This document shows, in pieces, positions 14,947 to 29,345 of a DNA stretch of 64,000 bases (the stretch's first letter is position 1; the number at the start of each line of letters is the position of its first letter). The stretch is from the NCBI GenBank assembly GCA_051294375.1, contig CM119267.1, positions 10,410,406-10,474,405 of the forward strand, read 5' to 3'. The stretch is from Paraspadella gotoi. Lineage: Eukaryota; Animalia; Chaetognatha. A model generated the notes under the pieces. It made no database searches and was not told the DNA's origin. It saw only the letters and a list, made by a program, of their open reading frames with translations. Made by a program: the position numbers and the translations under genes.

Positions 14947-15075
14947 AGAAGAAGAAGAGATAAATGACCCACGTAATGTGGGCCGATGCTTCACCGATTC
15001 CGAGCGCGAGCATCGAAGAGGTGAGTTGAGGAAGAGAAAATTAGGTGAACGTGAAAGGTTGAAAATGACTAAGAT

Positions 15076-15140
<65 letters not shown>

Positions 15141-18100
15141 CGGATGTCAGGTTGTGCAAGGTGGAAAGTAAAAGAGATGAGTACGGGAGGAAGGGGCGAG
15201 ATGAGGAGAGAGGAGAGAAGGAGGAGAGGAACGACTTGGAAAATTGAAAAAAGGAGAGACCTTTCTGGTGAATCGCTTTTCAAGGGGATTCCCCGAGGAG
15301 AGAGAGAGAGAGAGATAGATGAGAGAAGAGGAGAGAGATGAGAGAATATATATATAGTATATATATATATCCTGAGTGATGTTCGAATACTAAGGATGAG
15401 AACCTTACCTCGACGCTTCTCACTGCTGAACGAGAGTGAGAGAGAGAAAGTGTGGATGAGAATGAGAAGAGAATGAGGGGGGAGGAGGAGGAGGGCGGAG
15501 AGGAGGAGGTAGGACATCGAGAAAGTCCGCTTCTCTTCCTCGTCATGTTTCGCTTTTTTGTTTCGCTTCGTCGCCGAAAGACAAAAAAAAAAAAAAAAAT
15601 TCTCTGGAAACTCAGATTTTCACACAGATTCGAAAGAAGAAAAACAAACGCGAGTACCATCGGCGTCGCCATTCTGTTGTCAGAGAGCGTGAGAGCGAGA
15701 GGCGAGAGAGAGAGCGAGAGAGAGAGAGAGCCTTTTTTGAATCGGAACCCGGGGAAGACGACGGGCGTGAGGAAGAATATTCATCCGAGTCCCGACGAAA
15801 TGTTGACCAGGAAATGCGATCAAAAGGCGCGGGAGGATGATGCCGACCACAAGATGCGATCGCACGATGTGACCATGTCTGCAACATCGAGCGCTGGACT
15901 CGACCGCTTGATTTGGGGGGGAACAAAAGGGAATATATTTTTTTACAATGCGTCGAGTAAGACGCGGCAAAGTTAAGTTGTACTAAATTTGGCTTTTTAA
16001 AATTCTATGAAAAAAAGATTTTTAAAAAAATGTATTTATATTTATTATCAAGCCTGAACGGCGAGCCGTCAGGCTTGATCATTGATTCGGGTGAGCTTCT
16101 TTGTGACGTAGTCGTCGTCGTCGTCTGTCGGCTGTCGTCGTCGTCTAGGTCGTCTGTAGATACCGCGTAACTTTACGGTTCTGTTTTTTTCTAACCGAGC
16201 GTATAAACAAGTCCATTATACCCTTACCTCGACAGACTTCCTTGAAAGGTTGGCATGTGACCTTAACCGTTCCTTTTAAAATAAAAAATTATATACTGAA
16301 CTATATGATGTAAACGTTTTTACAAAAAGTGATGCATTCATAGTCTAAGTTAAAAATTAGAATATGGCTTCTCAATCTTGAAAATAAGCTTTGAATATTT
16401 TCTTATATCATTTGGATTTTAATATTTATTTTGTTTGAATTTCACTTCATTATGATTTACTGCAATATGCAATAGAGATTATAGTACTCATATCATCATC
16501 AAATTAGTACTATAGAAATGCTTATATCTAATTTACATATTGCGAGTCATGATAATATGAAGATGAAGATTCAAAAAATTTTTTTTAAATCGTCGTATAA
16601 AAATGGGAATCAAAATAACATTTTTAATGAAAGCTATATCTTAATTTTAATACAAATAAAAATAATCTTGTGTACAAGCATGCGATTGGAAAAAATGGTT
16701 GGAAAATTTCCAATTGTAAACCAGTTGTAACATTTCTTTTGCCTTTTCTTTTATTTCTTTTTTCTTCTTTTATTTACAAAAAAAACGAGTGTAGTTTTCG
16801 ACTGTACAGCAGCTTCAAGCAGCTGTCCAGCTTTTGTCCTGTTTCTCTCTCTTCTCTTTGTCTCTTTCTCTCTTTACGATTCTTGCGTGATCTTCCTTTT
16901 TTTTGAAAAAGATTACTGATTATGTTTTTCTTTCTAAAATCTTTTATTCGGGGCGTTTTTCCTCACATACAAAAATACCAAATTTACATCCGAGATTTTC
17001 GATGGATACATTTTAAAAAAGTGAAGAATAACTGTATATTGACATGCATTGTCACATGTAATCAGCTAATGTAGACTTATTAATATATGCAGCACTTTTG
17101 GCCGAGACAATATTGCATTACATTTTTAAAAAAAAATAAATTTATATTATTTAATTATTTGTAACTTTGAACCGTGTTGGCCACTCATGTTGGCAATTAT
17201 ATCTAAAAATAGGAGTATGATTAAGAGAGATATCGTCAATTTAAAATTTATTTTTTTGTGTATTCTGATATTGTATACTATTATTAAATTTTATTAAATA
17301 TTTTTATGTATGATATTTAATCATTTTTATTCTTTTTTTTAAATAAAATATTTGAATTGTGATAGACTTTAACTATTAAATGCAAATATAAAATTTGACC
17401 TCAGGTCTGTTTCCTTTCTACAAAAAAGAAACAATCAAAACATTTCATTACAAGATTAAAATATTTTTCCAAAATGAGGAAAATAAAATTTTTTTTGATA
17501 TTAAGTAAAACAAGAATATTTAGGAAAGGTCAAAAATATCATAGATCGGTTAAACTGAGTATTTTCAAAACTATATATTTTGTTAATAGGGATTAGAATT
17601 TTTGGAATCATTTTCATTATTGAAAAGAGTTAGCTTTATTCAAGTTTTTTTCTTAGTGAATAGGGTAGCCCTCTCAATGGGGTGTAGAATCAAAAATTTA
17701 GTATGGGACATGCTTATAGAAGGAAAAAAGAGTTCGTCACCTACTCATATTCGTCGAGAAAATGAGTTGCAGCTCTGCAGCGGCCGGCTTCTAGCGGCAG
17801 GATCCAGCGGCTGTCCGCTTCTCTTCTCTCTCTTTCTTCTCTCTCTCTCTTTCTCTCTCTCTTTTTTTTCCTTCTAAAAAAACTTTTAATTATCGGGCAT
17901 TCATTCGCGTTTTCTTCCTCATACAAAATCCAAATTTACATCCGAGATTTTCGTGGATTTTTTCCCTAAAAATTTCTGATGCGTTCAGTTGCGGGCGAGG
18001 AAACTGTCCAGCCTCTCTCTCTCTCTCTTCTCTTCTCTGCNNNNNNNNNNNNNNNNNNNNNNNNNGAGAGAGAGAGAGGAGGAGGAGGAGAGCAAAGCGG

Positions 18101-18187
18101 GGAAAGTCGTCCGGGCGCGAGGTAGGGCTTTTTTATTAGGTAAGAGGCTATGCATTGGCCGAGAGGAGAAGAGAGGAGAGAGAGACG

Positions 18188-18225
<38 letters not shown>

Positions 18226-18459
18226 GAGAAGGGAGAGAGAGAGAGAAGGTGAGTAAGAAAGTGGCGAGGCTCCGGTGGTTGAGAGAGCGCAGGCGAAGCG
18301 CGGAAACGCAGCAGGAGCGGCAGAGACGCGAGTGAGAGAGAGAGAGAGACAGGAAGAAGCGAGAGAAGCGAGGACCTGAGCGAGGGGGATGAGAAACGAA
18401 CCGAAGAGAGAGAGAGAGATAGAGAAGAGAGAGAGAGGAGAGAGGAGAGAGAGGAGAGA

Positions 18460-18490
<31 letters not shown>

Positions 18491-20196
18491 AGAGAACGAA
18501 AACTCGACATTTTCAGTGAGAACGATGACGACGTTCGGACGACGATATTCGCGACGACGAGCGACGTCACTTGTTTCTTTCGTCGCCGAGAAGAGAGAAT
18601 AGTCACGTGACTCAGTTGGAAAATAAAAGAGAAACGTTCCATCGACGACCGGGGATCCGTTCCCGCCAAACGAGAGATTGAGAGAGCAGAGAGGAGGATT
18701 GGAAGGATGGGGAAGCGAAGAGAGGAAGCAGCGGAAGGAATAAGAGGGAGAATGTGGGGAAAAAAAGTAGGAGAGGAGATAATGAGAAAGATTGGAATAG
18801 TGAAAGAGAGGGACATAAGGATTGAAGAAAGGAAATAAGGGAAAAATAGGATTGAAAGAAGGGAAAATAGGGAAAAATTAAGGATTGAAAGGGAAAATAA
18901 GAGGAAATATGATTGAAGAAAGGAAAATAAAGATGAAGAAATGGAAAATAAAGGGAAAATAAGATTGAAGAAAGGGAGAAATAGGGGGAATGTGAAGAAG
19001 TGAAGAAAACAGAGAAAATGATGAGGGAAGGAGCAGAGGCTGGTGGGATAAGAAGATACTGATTGGTATAGCAGTGATGATTGGACTTGTGAAAGAAAAT
19101 TATAAGGAAGTACACTCAGCGTCAAAAAATAAGTTTTTGCTATTCTTTTGTTTATCTGCGAAAGATTATGATTTCCATCTCTTATCTATAATATTATTCA
19201 ACTATCTGATAACTTCTTTATATATGGTTGATATAAGTTATTTGAAACTGTCCCGAAAAGCGTCTTGTTTCGTTGCAAAGCCCGCGAAAAATGATTTTAA
19301 AAAATGAGAACAAGTTGAGGGTTAATTAAAAAAATCTCCAGTATTCAAATGCAAGGAATAAGAAGAGGAGAGAGAGAGAGAGAGAGAGAGAAGGAGAGAG
19401 AAGAGATACTCTCGGTAAGGCGGAAATATCGATTAATATTCTCTCTTCGTGCAGAATTACAGTCGGATGCGGTCCCCGATTTCTGCGGAGGAGAGATTTA
19501 TTCGACGAGAATAAGAAGAAGAATAAGAAAGAAAGACAGAAGAGACAACGACAACAACAAAATCTTTTTCTTCGCGAGGAACTCACGTTTTGCGAAGGTG
19601 ACTTGTGGAAGGGGGGGGACGGGGGTGGTGGAGGGGGAGTCAGGCAAGGTGAGATAGGAGAGAGAAGCAGGAGAAATAAGACGGGATAAAATCTGGCCTG
19701 GTTCCACAGATTTTTTGGTTGAATTGTTTTGCGCCGTAGGCGATGGCGTTTGGCAGGTTGAAGTATGTAGTGGTAGATTGTAGTATGTACGTATAAAGTA
19801 TCAATTGTAGAATTTTTAATAGCGTAACGATTACGATAATGAAACGTATGTTTATTATAAAATCGGTTGATAGTTTTACGTATTAATTATTTTAAATTAC
19901 AGTTTTTGAATAAATTATACGATATTGATCCTTTCTAGTCGTTACGTTTGTAGTTTAAAGGATGAAAATTTTGTTAATGTTTCATTAACGATTTATTTTT
20001 TGTATTATAACGGACATGTTTTGGCTTTCGTGCAAGCCTTCTCGGCGTAAACAGTTGTTATAATTTTGACAAAAATATTTGTAGTAGTTATCAGCGTGTT
20101 GCACTCAAAACTAAAAAAAGAAAATGTAAACTAAAGAAAAGATTTTGTTTGGAGGTCGGGAGTGATCCTCGACGGTTAGTGACAGGGAAAGACTGC

Positions 20197-20246
<50 letters not shown>

Positions 20247-20387
20247 GAGAGAGAGAAGAAGAGAAGAGAATGAGAAAATGACCCACGTAATGTGGGCCGA
20301 TGCTTCACCGATCCGAGCGCGAGCCATCGAAGAGGTGAGTTGAGGAAGAGAAAATTAGGTGAACGTGAAAGGTGAAAATGACTGAGA

Positions 20388-20432
<45 letters not shown>

Positions 20433-20920
20433 CGAGAGAGAGGAGAGAGAGAGAGAGAGAGAGACGGATGTCAGGTGTGGTGAAGTAGAAGTAGAGAGAT
20501 AGGTGCGCGAATATTCTGGTGATCGCTGATTGAGGATTATTATGTTTATATATAGTCTATCTCTGAGTGTTGAAACTAAGGATGAGAGACTTACTTCTTT
20601 TTTTCTGGACGCTCTCTGCTCGCTGAGAGAGAGAAATGTGGATATGAGATTGGGACGAGAGGTCTCTGCCTTCTTTCTGGAGTTGTTTTTTTCGTTTTTT
20701 ATTTTAGTTCGGTCTGGAGGAGGATAGAATTACCTGGTTTTATGTGTAACAAGTCGAGAAAGTTCGTGTGGATAGTGTGTGCGGAGAGGAAGGAGGGGAG
20801 GGGAAGACAGATCTTTAAAAAAAAATAATTTTAACCAGATTGTCACACGATGGATAGCCGCGACGTCGGCTCGGCCATTCTGTTGTCAGAGCGTGAGACG
20901 AAGAGAGAGAGAGAGAGAGC

Positions 20921-20955
<35 letters not shown>

Positions 20956-21862
20956 AGAGGAGGAGAGACCTTTTTTGAATCGGAAACCCGGGGAAGACGA
21001 CGCGGTGAGGAAGAATATTCATCCGAGTCCCGACGAAATGTTGACCAGGAAATGCGATCAAAAAGGGCGGGAGGATGATGCCGACCACAAGATGCGATCG
21101 CAACGAGATGACCATGTCTGGCAAACATCGAGCGCTGGACTCGACCGCTTGATTTTGGGGGGGGGGAACAAGAAAGGGAATATATTTTTACAATGCGTCG
21201 AGTAAGACGCGGCAAAGTAAAGTTGTACTAAATTTGCTTTTTAAATTCAACTAAATAAAAGATTTTTAAAAAAATATTTATTTATTGTATTTATTTATAT
21301 TAATTTTATATTTAATTTATTTTTATTTTATCTTATTTATGTTATTTATTTTTATTTTATTTTATTTATTTCATTTATTTATTATTTATTTAATTTATTT
21401 ATTTAATTTTTATTATTATTTTTAAAATTTATTTATTTATTTATTCTATTTAATTATTTATATAATTTATTTACTTATTACACATTCAAGATTATTTAAG
21501 TTGTCCAAAAGAAAAAACTTTCAGAAATTTGTCCGGAGTTCGAAAGCGACAGGGAGGTAGTTGAAGGGGACGAAGATGAAGGGAGGCTCTCTGTTAATTT
21601 TTTTTTGGTTTTTATTGTTTTTTTTTCTTTTTTTTTTTTTTTTAAGCGGCTGATTTTTTTTTTTTATTGTTTTGATGGAGAGATGTTTGCGGGGGAAGTC
21701 CTGTGCGGGGAGAGATATTCATCCTTGAAACACTGGTAAGGTCGAAAAGTCCTTTGGGAAGAAAAAAGCAGAACTAAAGCTCGAGTCGGAATACGCGGTG
21801 GGTTGAAAAGAAAAAGGGTAATGTGGAATGAGGAATGAGAGAATTTAAGAAGAAATGAGAAT

Positions 21863-21939
<77 letters not shown>

Positions 21940-22620
21940 AGAGCGATTGATTTCGAACAAAAAAAAAAACCCGCAAAAATAAAAACCGAGAGAAAAAGAA
22001 ATGTGGGTGAGTCTCCCGAGTGAAAAATGAAGCCGGAGTCTTGGAAAGAGGGTAAGGCTAAGAGGGTAAGGGGGCGAAGAGGGAGATGTGAGACGATGAA
22101 GAATTGGAATGAGAAAAAGTTTAGATCGAGGAAACAAAGAAAGAATGATAAGAAGAAATTAATTAAAACTAAAATAAAGGAAGGGAGAGGGAGAGCAGAT
22201 GAATGGTTTTAAAGTCATCTCAGCGATATTTATTAAGTTAATGGCGAAAAAAAGGGAATTAATTTTTTTTACAGATTTAAATGGTTCGTCGTCTATAGTT
22301 ATTAATTAATATTTTCACTGCTCGTTATTCTTCTCACTCGCTATTTCCTCACGGTCTGAAATTATCTCAACGTTGTTTCTTGCCTGTATATATTTTCTCG
22401 GCATTGAAATAGATTACTGTTGTGCCGTTTGTCGAAATGACAACCTCAATGGCTGAGATGACACTTGATGCCCTGACGTTCCAAATGACGCAATGTCGTT
22501 CACGACCTCGACAATTCCAACGACGAAGACGTCGTCGTCATCGACGTCGTCAGCGACGTCGTCAACGACGACGAAGAAGACGAAGGAAAAATAAAAAGAT
22601 GACGTCAATGAAGACGACGA

Positions 22621-22670
22621 CCATCACCATCACCATCACCATCACCATCACCATCATCACCATCACCATC
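22621..22670. repeat. (CATCAC)n hexamer repeat, encoding His16 in one plus-strand frame
   Basis: 16 consecutive CAT/CAC triplets at 22622-22669. Confidence 0.9.
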
Positions 22671-22766
22671 CCTTCAACGATATCGTCGACCCCCGCGTCT
22701 CCTCGCCTTCCCTCGCTCCGTCGACGCGGAAAATTTCCTCTCGTCAATATTTCGGTCAATTTAATG

Positions 22767-22797
<31 letters not shown>

Positions 22798-22959
22798 CAC
22801 TTCTTCTCTCTCTCTATCTCTCCTCTCTCTCTCTCTCTCTCTGAGTACACAAGCCCGGCGTCGAAAAGGCGGCCAAAAATCATGGGCGTCGCACGAGCGT
22901 TTCTCGTAAACGGGCGGCGACGTGACGCAAAGACGACGCACGAACGGCGCATAAATGTG

Positions 22960-22991
<32 letters not shown>

Positions 22992-23479
22992 TCTCTTCTT
23001 CTTTATTTTCTGAATTAGTATTATTAATAATCATACAAAAAAATAGGCGGAGAAAAATATCGAAGCCGGCTATTGGGAGGCCCATGCGTGGCAGCCGCTT
23101 TCGCCGCCGCCGTCGCCGCCGCAGCCGCCTTTGGAGGGACTGAAGTCGCGCGTAAGTGCTATATTAAGAAGTGGAAAGGGAAAGGAGGTGGAGAGGACCG
23201 TATGAGGAATGGCTTTGTGCGATATGGCGGGTACTTGCGGTGAAGGCGGTTTAGGGATGGCTAGGAATCCGGGTAGATGGAAAACGTACATATGTGAAAA
23301 GCGTAAAGTTGAATTACGTATAACTTATAATGGCTCGTCAATAGTTAAAATGTTGGGCGACAAACGTTTTCAAACGAAGAAGCCACACAGAAAAACGGAC
23401 ATTTTGCGCGGAAAGCGACGAACCACCTCATGAATGAACAACGGGCCGGTGATGTACATGTAATATTCAGACGATTCCG

Positions 23480-24128
23480 AGCAGAATAAACGAGACTTCC
23501 CGGATGTAATATTCAAACGTTCTTTGCCTGTAGTTTTTACTAAATAATTTTGTCGCCTTCGTCGACTTCATTTTCCGTTTATTTGTAATTTTAAAATCGC
23601 CGCGTTTCGAATCTATAATTTATTGAATAACGATCCTGCAAGACGGAAACCTGGCTCGACAAGCTTTTACGAGGTTTTACGTCATATCTGTTTTAGCTCG
23701 TGTTTCCGTCGGACCTCAGCGACCTTCTTTTTAGTGCTTAAAAGTCAAATACTGGTTGGAAACGAATAAGTACCGGCAAAAATGAGTGCCATTGACTGAG
23801 TGCCTACTGAATAAAATTTAAACTTATTAAACATAATGTAAGGAAAACTGTCGGAACGTTGTCTTGCAGTAAAATCTCTCCGATAAAATTTACCTGTCCT
23901 TCGTCATGAATTTTTCAATCTTCATTGTTATCTCTTCAGGCGTAGAGAAATAAAATCTTCCCCCACAAAAAAACAAACTTTTTCCTTCTTCCCTAGAAAT
24001 GAAAACCACAAGTTTTTTTTTTTTTGGTTTGGAAGAGAAAACTGAAGAAATAAAACGTGGAGATTCTGGAATCTGGAGCCGACGAAAATTTTATTGGCAG
24101 TAAAAATCGTGAGCGAGAGAGAGGAAGA

Positions 24129-24213
<85 letters not shown>

Positions 24214-24321
24214 TCGTGTGAGAGGAAATAGAATGAGATGGACCGAGGGAAAACAGAAGGAACGTCGATTCTATTTATCATAAGGTGATGACAGCGACTA
24301 ATGTTCGGTTGTTATTTCCGC

Positions 24322-24362
<41 letters not shown>

Positions 24363-25965
24363 TATATACTGGACCGTGAGAGAGAGAGGGAAAGCCCAGC
24401 CAACCTAGAGCCGACGACAGAAAAGAGACAGAAAAAATAAAAGAAAGTTGCAAAGAAATACAAACGTCAATTTCGTTGTAAATTGTTCGCCCCTTCGCCC
24501 AAAGGGAAAAAAACAAAAGGCAAATCCAAAAGATTTAATTCTTTCTTTCTTTCTTTCATTCTTTGCCGCGTGAAGTCGGGTCGGCTTTCTTTACTAGATT
24601 GCTTCTATGAATTAAACGTTAAATGTACAACTTAAAATACAAAGTGAAAACAGAAAAAAGGAAAAAATTATCCGTTTAAAAACAGACGAAAAAGGCATTA
24701 TATTATCATTTCAAATTACATTCATATTAGAGGGAACTAAACTTAATGGTGACAGGACGTATCAGAATTCACAAATTCATTTGTTTTTTTGTTGTTTTTT
24801 TTTCTCGTAGAAAACTCACGAGAAAGANNNNNNNNNNNNNNNNNNNNNNNNNGTTACGATTTTCTTCCCTTTGAAGCTAAGAAACTCAATAACCGAGACT
24901 GGCCACCGAGGAAATGTAAATAACTGTCATTAGCCATTTTTTTTTTTTTTACGTTCTGTCTGCCTGTTAGTTTTTTACCTAAATAATTTATTCGTTCGCC
25001 TTTCGGTCGACCGTTCTCATTTCCCGTTATTTGGTTAAATTTTAACAATCGCCGCGTTTTCGGTAAATCCTAATATATTTATTGTGATATAAAATTCCTA
25101 TTGCAAAGACGGAAGACCTGGTTTCGTCTTAGCTTTAACGAGGTTTTTTACTTTTCATATCTGTTCTAATGTCTGTTGTTTGTTCTTTGTTCCGTTTAAA
25201 GCTTTCATACGATGTACACTTTTTTTCTAGTGCTTTAAATATATCGTTCTAAATTTTTACCTAGGTTTTGGAAAAATCGTTTTGACTTTATTCCTAAAGT
25301 TTTCAAAAAGACTCGGAATATATGTACCTTTTTACAGAGAAAAAGGGCTCAGAATCAATTCGTAGGTGCCCGTGATCTTGAGTCTTTTATAGCAGTGGTC
25401 TTTTTATTATGTGAGAGCAAGGTGAGTAGAAAGCTCCATAAAATATAATATAAAAAAGAAGAGAAGAAGGAAGGAGTATCATAAAAAATAAAAGAAGGAA
25501 AAATTTTTTGTTTTTGATAAAAAGATATTTAAAAACTGGTCCTCTACCTAACACATTTTTAAACAACCTCTCTGTATGATATTGTAAATTACATAAATGC
25601 GATAAGAAGATATTGGAAACCTGGGTCCGGAACGTTGGTTCGTGGTCAGTTATAATATTTCTCCGTACTATATTATATTTTACCTCTTGTCTTGTATAAG
25701 ATCCATGATTTTTTTCAATTCTTAATTGATTAATCTTCTTGCTAGGCGTTAGAGAAATAATCTTCCCCCACAAAAAAACAAACTTTTCTCCTTCTTCCCT
25801 AAAATGAAAACCTTCTCTCACAGTTTTTTTTTTTTTGGTTTGGAAGAGAAAACTAAGAAATAAAACGTGGAGATTCTGGAATCTGGAGCCGACGAAAATT
25901 TTATTGGCCAGTAAAAAATCGTGAGCGAGAGAGAGAGAGAGAGAGGAAGAGAGAAAGAGAGAGTA

Positions 25966-25996
<31 letters not shown>

Positions 25997-27150
25997 AGAG
26001 GAGAGGAGAGAGAGAGAGAGAGAGAGAGAGAAGAAAGAGGACAGAGTAAGAGAGAAATTTTTTCATTATATCCTTTTTTAACAATTTGGGAAAAAAGCGT
26101 TTTTTCCTTCTTTTTCTCTTTTCTTTTCTCTTTCCTTTCCTTCTCTTTTGGTTTAAAAAGTGTGATCGCTGCTCTTTGGAAATATCGTCCTGCCGCTGTA
26201 TTTAACGTTTTGATCACTGCTTTTACTATAGGAGGAAAGGTCGTTTATCGGTGTTTTTCTATATTTTATTTTTACATTGGAGAGAGAGAAACGAGACGAT
26301 GAGGTAATTCTCCGCTAGGTTGAGAGGAAATAGATATGTTTAGATTGTGATATGGGTATAACATATATATAGAAAGGTTGGGTTATTTCTAATTTTTATC
26401 ATTAAGGTGATGAACAGCGGACTATGTTTCGTGGTTTTCCCTCGGTGACAGAACAGAAGAGATAGATTTTAGAGAGTGAGAAGAGAAGAGAGAAGTAAAA
26501 AAGTAAATAAAATTATCTTGGACGTAGAGAGAGATGAGGGGAAGGTCCGCAGCTCATACAGCCTGATGGCAGTTCTCGGGTTCATGAGCTATATTAGGGA
26601 AAAAAGATGATCAGATTGAAATAAAAAAAGTGAAAAAGTGTCACATATAGTGTCAAATACAAACGTACAATTCGTTTGTAAAATTTGTCTTGTGTCTAAC
26701 GACGAACCTACGACACCGAAATAGTGGTAATTCACAATACCAAACAAGGCACTGGTATAGTTATCAAATAGATATTATTAAATTCTTTCATTTACTTCTC
26801 TTTGCATTTTTCTTTGTCGCTGATGTAATGATCAGGATGTCCGGCTTTTATTTTTACGAGTAGAGAGTGGAGTTAGTCATGCATTAACGATTAGAAACTA
26901 TATGTACACCAACTTAAAATAGACAAAGGTATGAAAACAAAAATAATGGAAAAAAATATGCCGTATGTAAAAAACAGAACGTAAAAAGGCATTATATATA
27001 TCACTTTCAAAGTTACATTCACTATTAGAGGGAACTATACATTAATGGTGACGAGGACGTATCAGAATATCAACAAAATTCATAATATTGTTATCGAGTA
27101 TGATTGATATTTTTTCTTCAGTGAGAAACGACTCACAGGAAACGCAAAAG
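23480..27150. repeat. Block duplication C: ~23480-24827 and a noisier, expanded copy at ~24900-27150
   Basis: Shared AAAACGTGGAGATTCTGGAATCTGGAGCCGACG (~24052, ~25862) and AAAAAGGCATTATAT..ATTAGAGGGAACTA. The copies are separated by the 25-N gap at 24828-24852. Confidence 0.8.
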
Positions 27151-28349
27151 ATTAATTAAGGAAAGTGAAGAATAAAAGAAAAAGGAGGGGTCGGTAGAGA
27201 TATCATGTAATCTATGAACACTTAGTATGTTTTGTTTGATTGGGAAAAGAAGTGTGAAGGAGTGGAAGAAATAAGTTGAAATTTAATTTTATGTTGCAAC
27301 TCTCGAGTGCGCTACGAGACGTAAGTAACAGGGCAAAAGTTGGGCTAGTTTGAAGGAGGGGATAAGGTGAGGCCACAAAATCCCTGTCTCCGTTGGAAGG
27401 ATTGAAGGCCCTAAATTTAAATTACACGATCTTCTTGGTGCCGGGGGGTCATTAAATCGGAGCAGAAGCTGTTTATTGATTTGAGGGGTAGAGAGGGTGC
27501 CTTGGCAGGAACGTATTCTAAGAGAGGAGGAAGGGGCCGGGGTGTTTTTCTTTTCTTTTTTCTTTTGAAAATATGTTTTCCGGGTGGTTGTTAGAAAATT
27601 TTTTATCTCTTTTTTACATTTGGAAAAAGCGTTTTTTTTTTCTCCTGGTCGGGGGCGGGTGTTCTGGGTCGACGTGGCCTTAATGTCGATGGAAATATCA
27701 AGAAAGTAGTCAAGGGACAATGAATGAAGTTCCTTGTACACAAAAAATTATCTACTTCACAGCAGATATCGGTTTTCCTAGGAAATTCATACGAACTTTG
27801 AACCTAATAAATTATTTTATTTTAGTCATTTGCCAAAATATGTAACAGGTTTCGGATGTCTTTTTCTAAGTAAAGAAAAATGGGTACGATGTAACCATCG
27901 CTGAAGAAAGGACCTTGTAGAGATGGAACATTCGGTCTGAATTGAAATGGGTTTTGTCTCATCGTTTTTTAAAATTTTCTTATTTGATATTCTATGATAT
28001 ACGTAAGTTGTATTCTAATCGACAAATTTTTAGTAATCAATATATTTTTGTTATCTGAGTGTCTAACAGTAATCTCGATTTAACTTAATAACAATTTTTA
28101 ATTGACCTAAATTTTGTGATAATGGTCAAAATTGATCATCCTGATCTCAGGTCCTTGACCGGGGTCATCAAACCCCGTCCACTTGACTGACACCCTTCAC
28201 GATCGAAGCCATCTCGCTGGAGATAATCAAAACTGGCACCTTCTCTTCTGACATCATCAATACTGGCACCGAGTGGCACCCTTTTCACTGGCACGCCCTA
28301 TCTCCATTCCACGTGGCGCTTGTCGGGCGCCGTCCTTATCTCGACTCAC

Positions 28350-28373
28350 CACCTGCCAACGTTGAAACCGGTT
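28350..28373 (-). CDS. Candidate 24-nt microexon of an unidentified minus-strand gene
   Basis: The minus strand reads CACTAAG (branch-like), a (CT)n tract, then TTTCTTTCCAG|AACCGGTTTCAACGTTGGCAGGTG|GTGAGT. The length preserves frame. Confidence 0.5.
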
Positions 28374-28387
28374 CTGGAAAGAAATAA

Positions 28388-28428
<41 letters not shown>

Positions 28429-28932
28429 CTTAGTGCAGTTCCAGATGGTTATAGGTAATAAAAGTAGAAGCTCAAAGTTGGGGGACAAAAAAAAAAATTC
28501 AACTCATTTCATCCAAATCATTTACATAATGCTGGAAGTATAAAACCACGATGTGAGAGATTAAAAGTTCACTTTTTAAATCAAATTTTAGAAGAAAAAA
28601 AGTCAAAAAATCAGTTGAAGGAATTTTTAAGGGTAGAAATAATTCCATGCTGCTCGTTGCCTTGTTGCTTCGTGACTCGACGACCATGGGCGTTGCGACA
28701 CACGTTTCCAACCCCAACCTCGGCCTCGCCGTTACCACTTCGGTACCGTCTCTACCGCCGCGCCCCCTTATCCAATTTCCTTCGCCACCATCCACGGCCG
28801 AAACGAGACGAGGGAGAAGATCGGCGCTGCGGAACAATAAAATGGCGGGAAAGGAGAAATGGGAGAGAGAGATGAGAACTGATAACCGGGTGAGGAATGG
28901 AATTGGCGTCGTACTTTTTGAAGAGAGGGAGG

Positions 28933-28996
<64 letters not shown>

Positions 28997-29345
28997 CAAA
29001 GACGGTCTGTTCAAACTTGAGATAAAATTCAAGTTTGTCGATTGATATAAAAGGAACAGTAAAAAGATGCAATTTATGTTAAATTGTGAAATGCATATTT
29101 TGACAACACAACACGTTGACAACATTGTATTTTTTGGGGCACAATCTCTTTTTCTATATACGAGCGACGTCGAAGACGCCGCTTCGCCGAAATAGACGCC
29201 GCGTCTATTATTACCTTTTGTGCGCGAGATTGAGAACGACGAACGAATGTCACCCAAGGGACAATCACAAACGTCAGAGTTTGCGATCTGCTATTTTTCG
29301 AAATGCACCTGAAAAGAATGAGTGACATTGTACATAAAGGGATGT

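Larger units (their letters stand above)
12540..21280. repeat. Block duplication B: ~12540-16030 and ~18066-21280
   Basis: Shared text such as GATATTCGCGACGACGAGCGACGTCAC and CATCCGAGTCCCGACGAAATGTTGACC. The second copy starts at the 25-N gap at 18041-18065. Confidence 0.9.

Noticed and set aside
14717-15247. Many RE-, SL- or F-rich ORFs in the supplied track (this one is representative)
   Set aside because: They are translations of (GA)n/(CT)n tracts, poly-T runs or N gaps and show no protein features.
21280-21480. Near-pure AT tract read as an origin or organellar insert
   Set aside because: Low-complexity (TTTA)n-like sequence with no further support.
23195-23245. MRNGFVRYGG read as an amidated neuropeptide
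   Set aside because: Single occurrence, no dibasic flanks, no precursor ORF.
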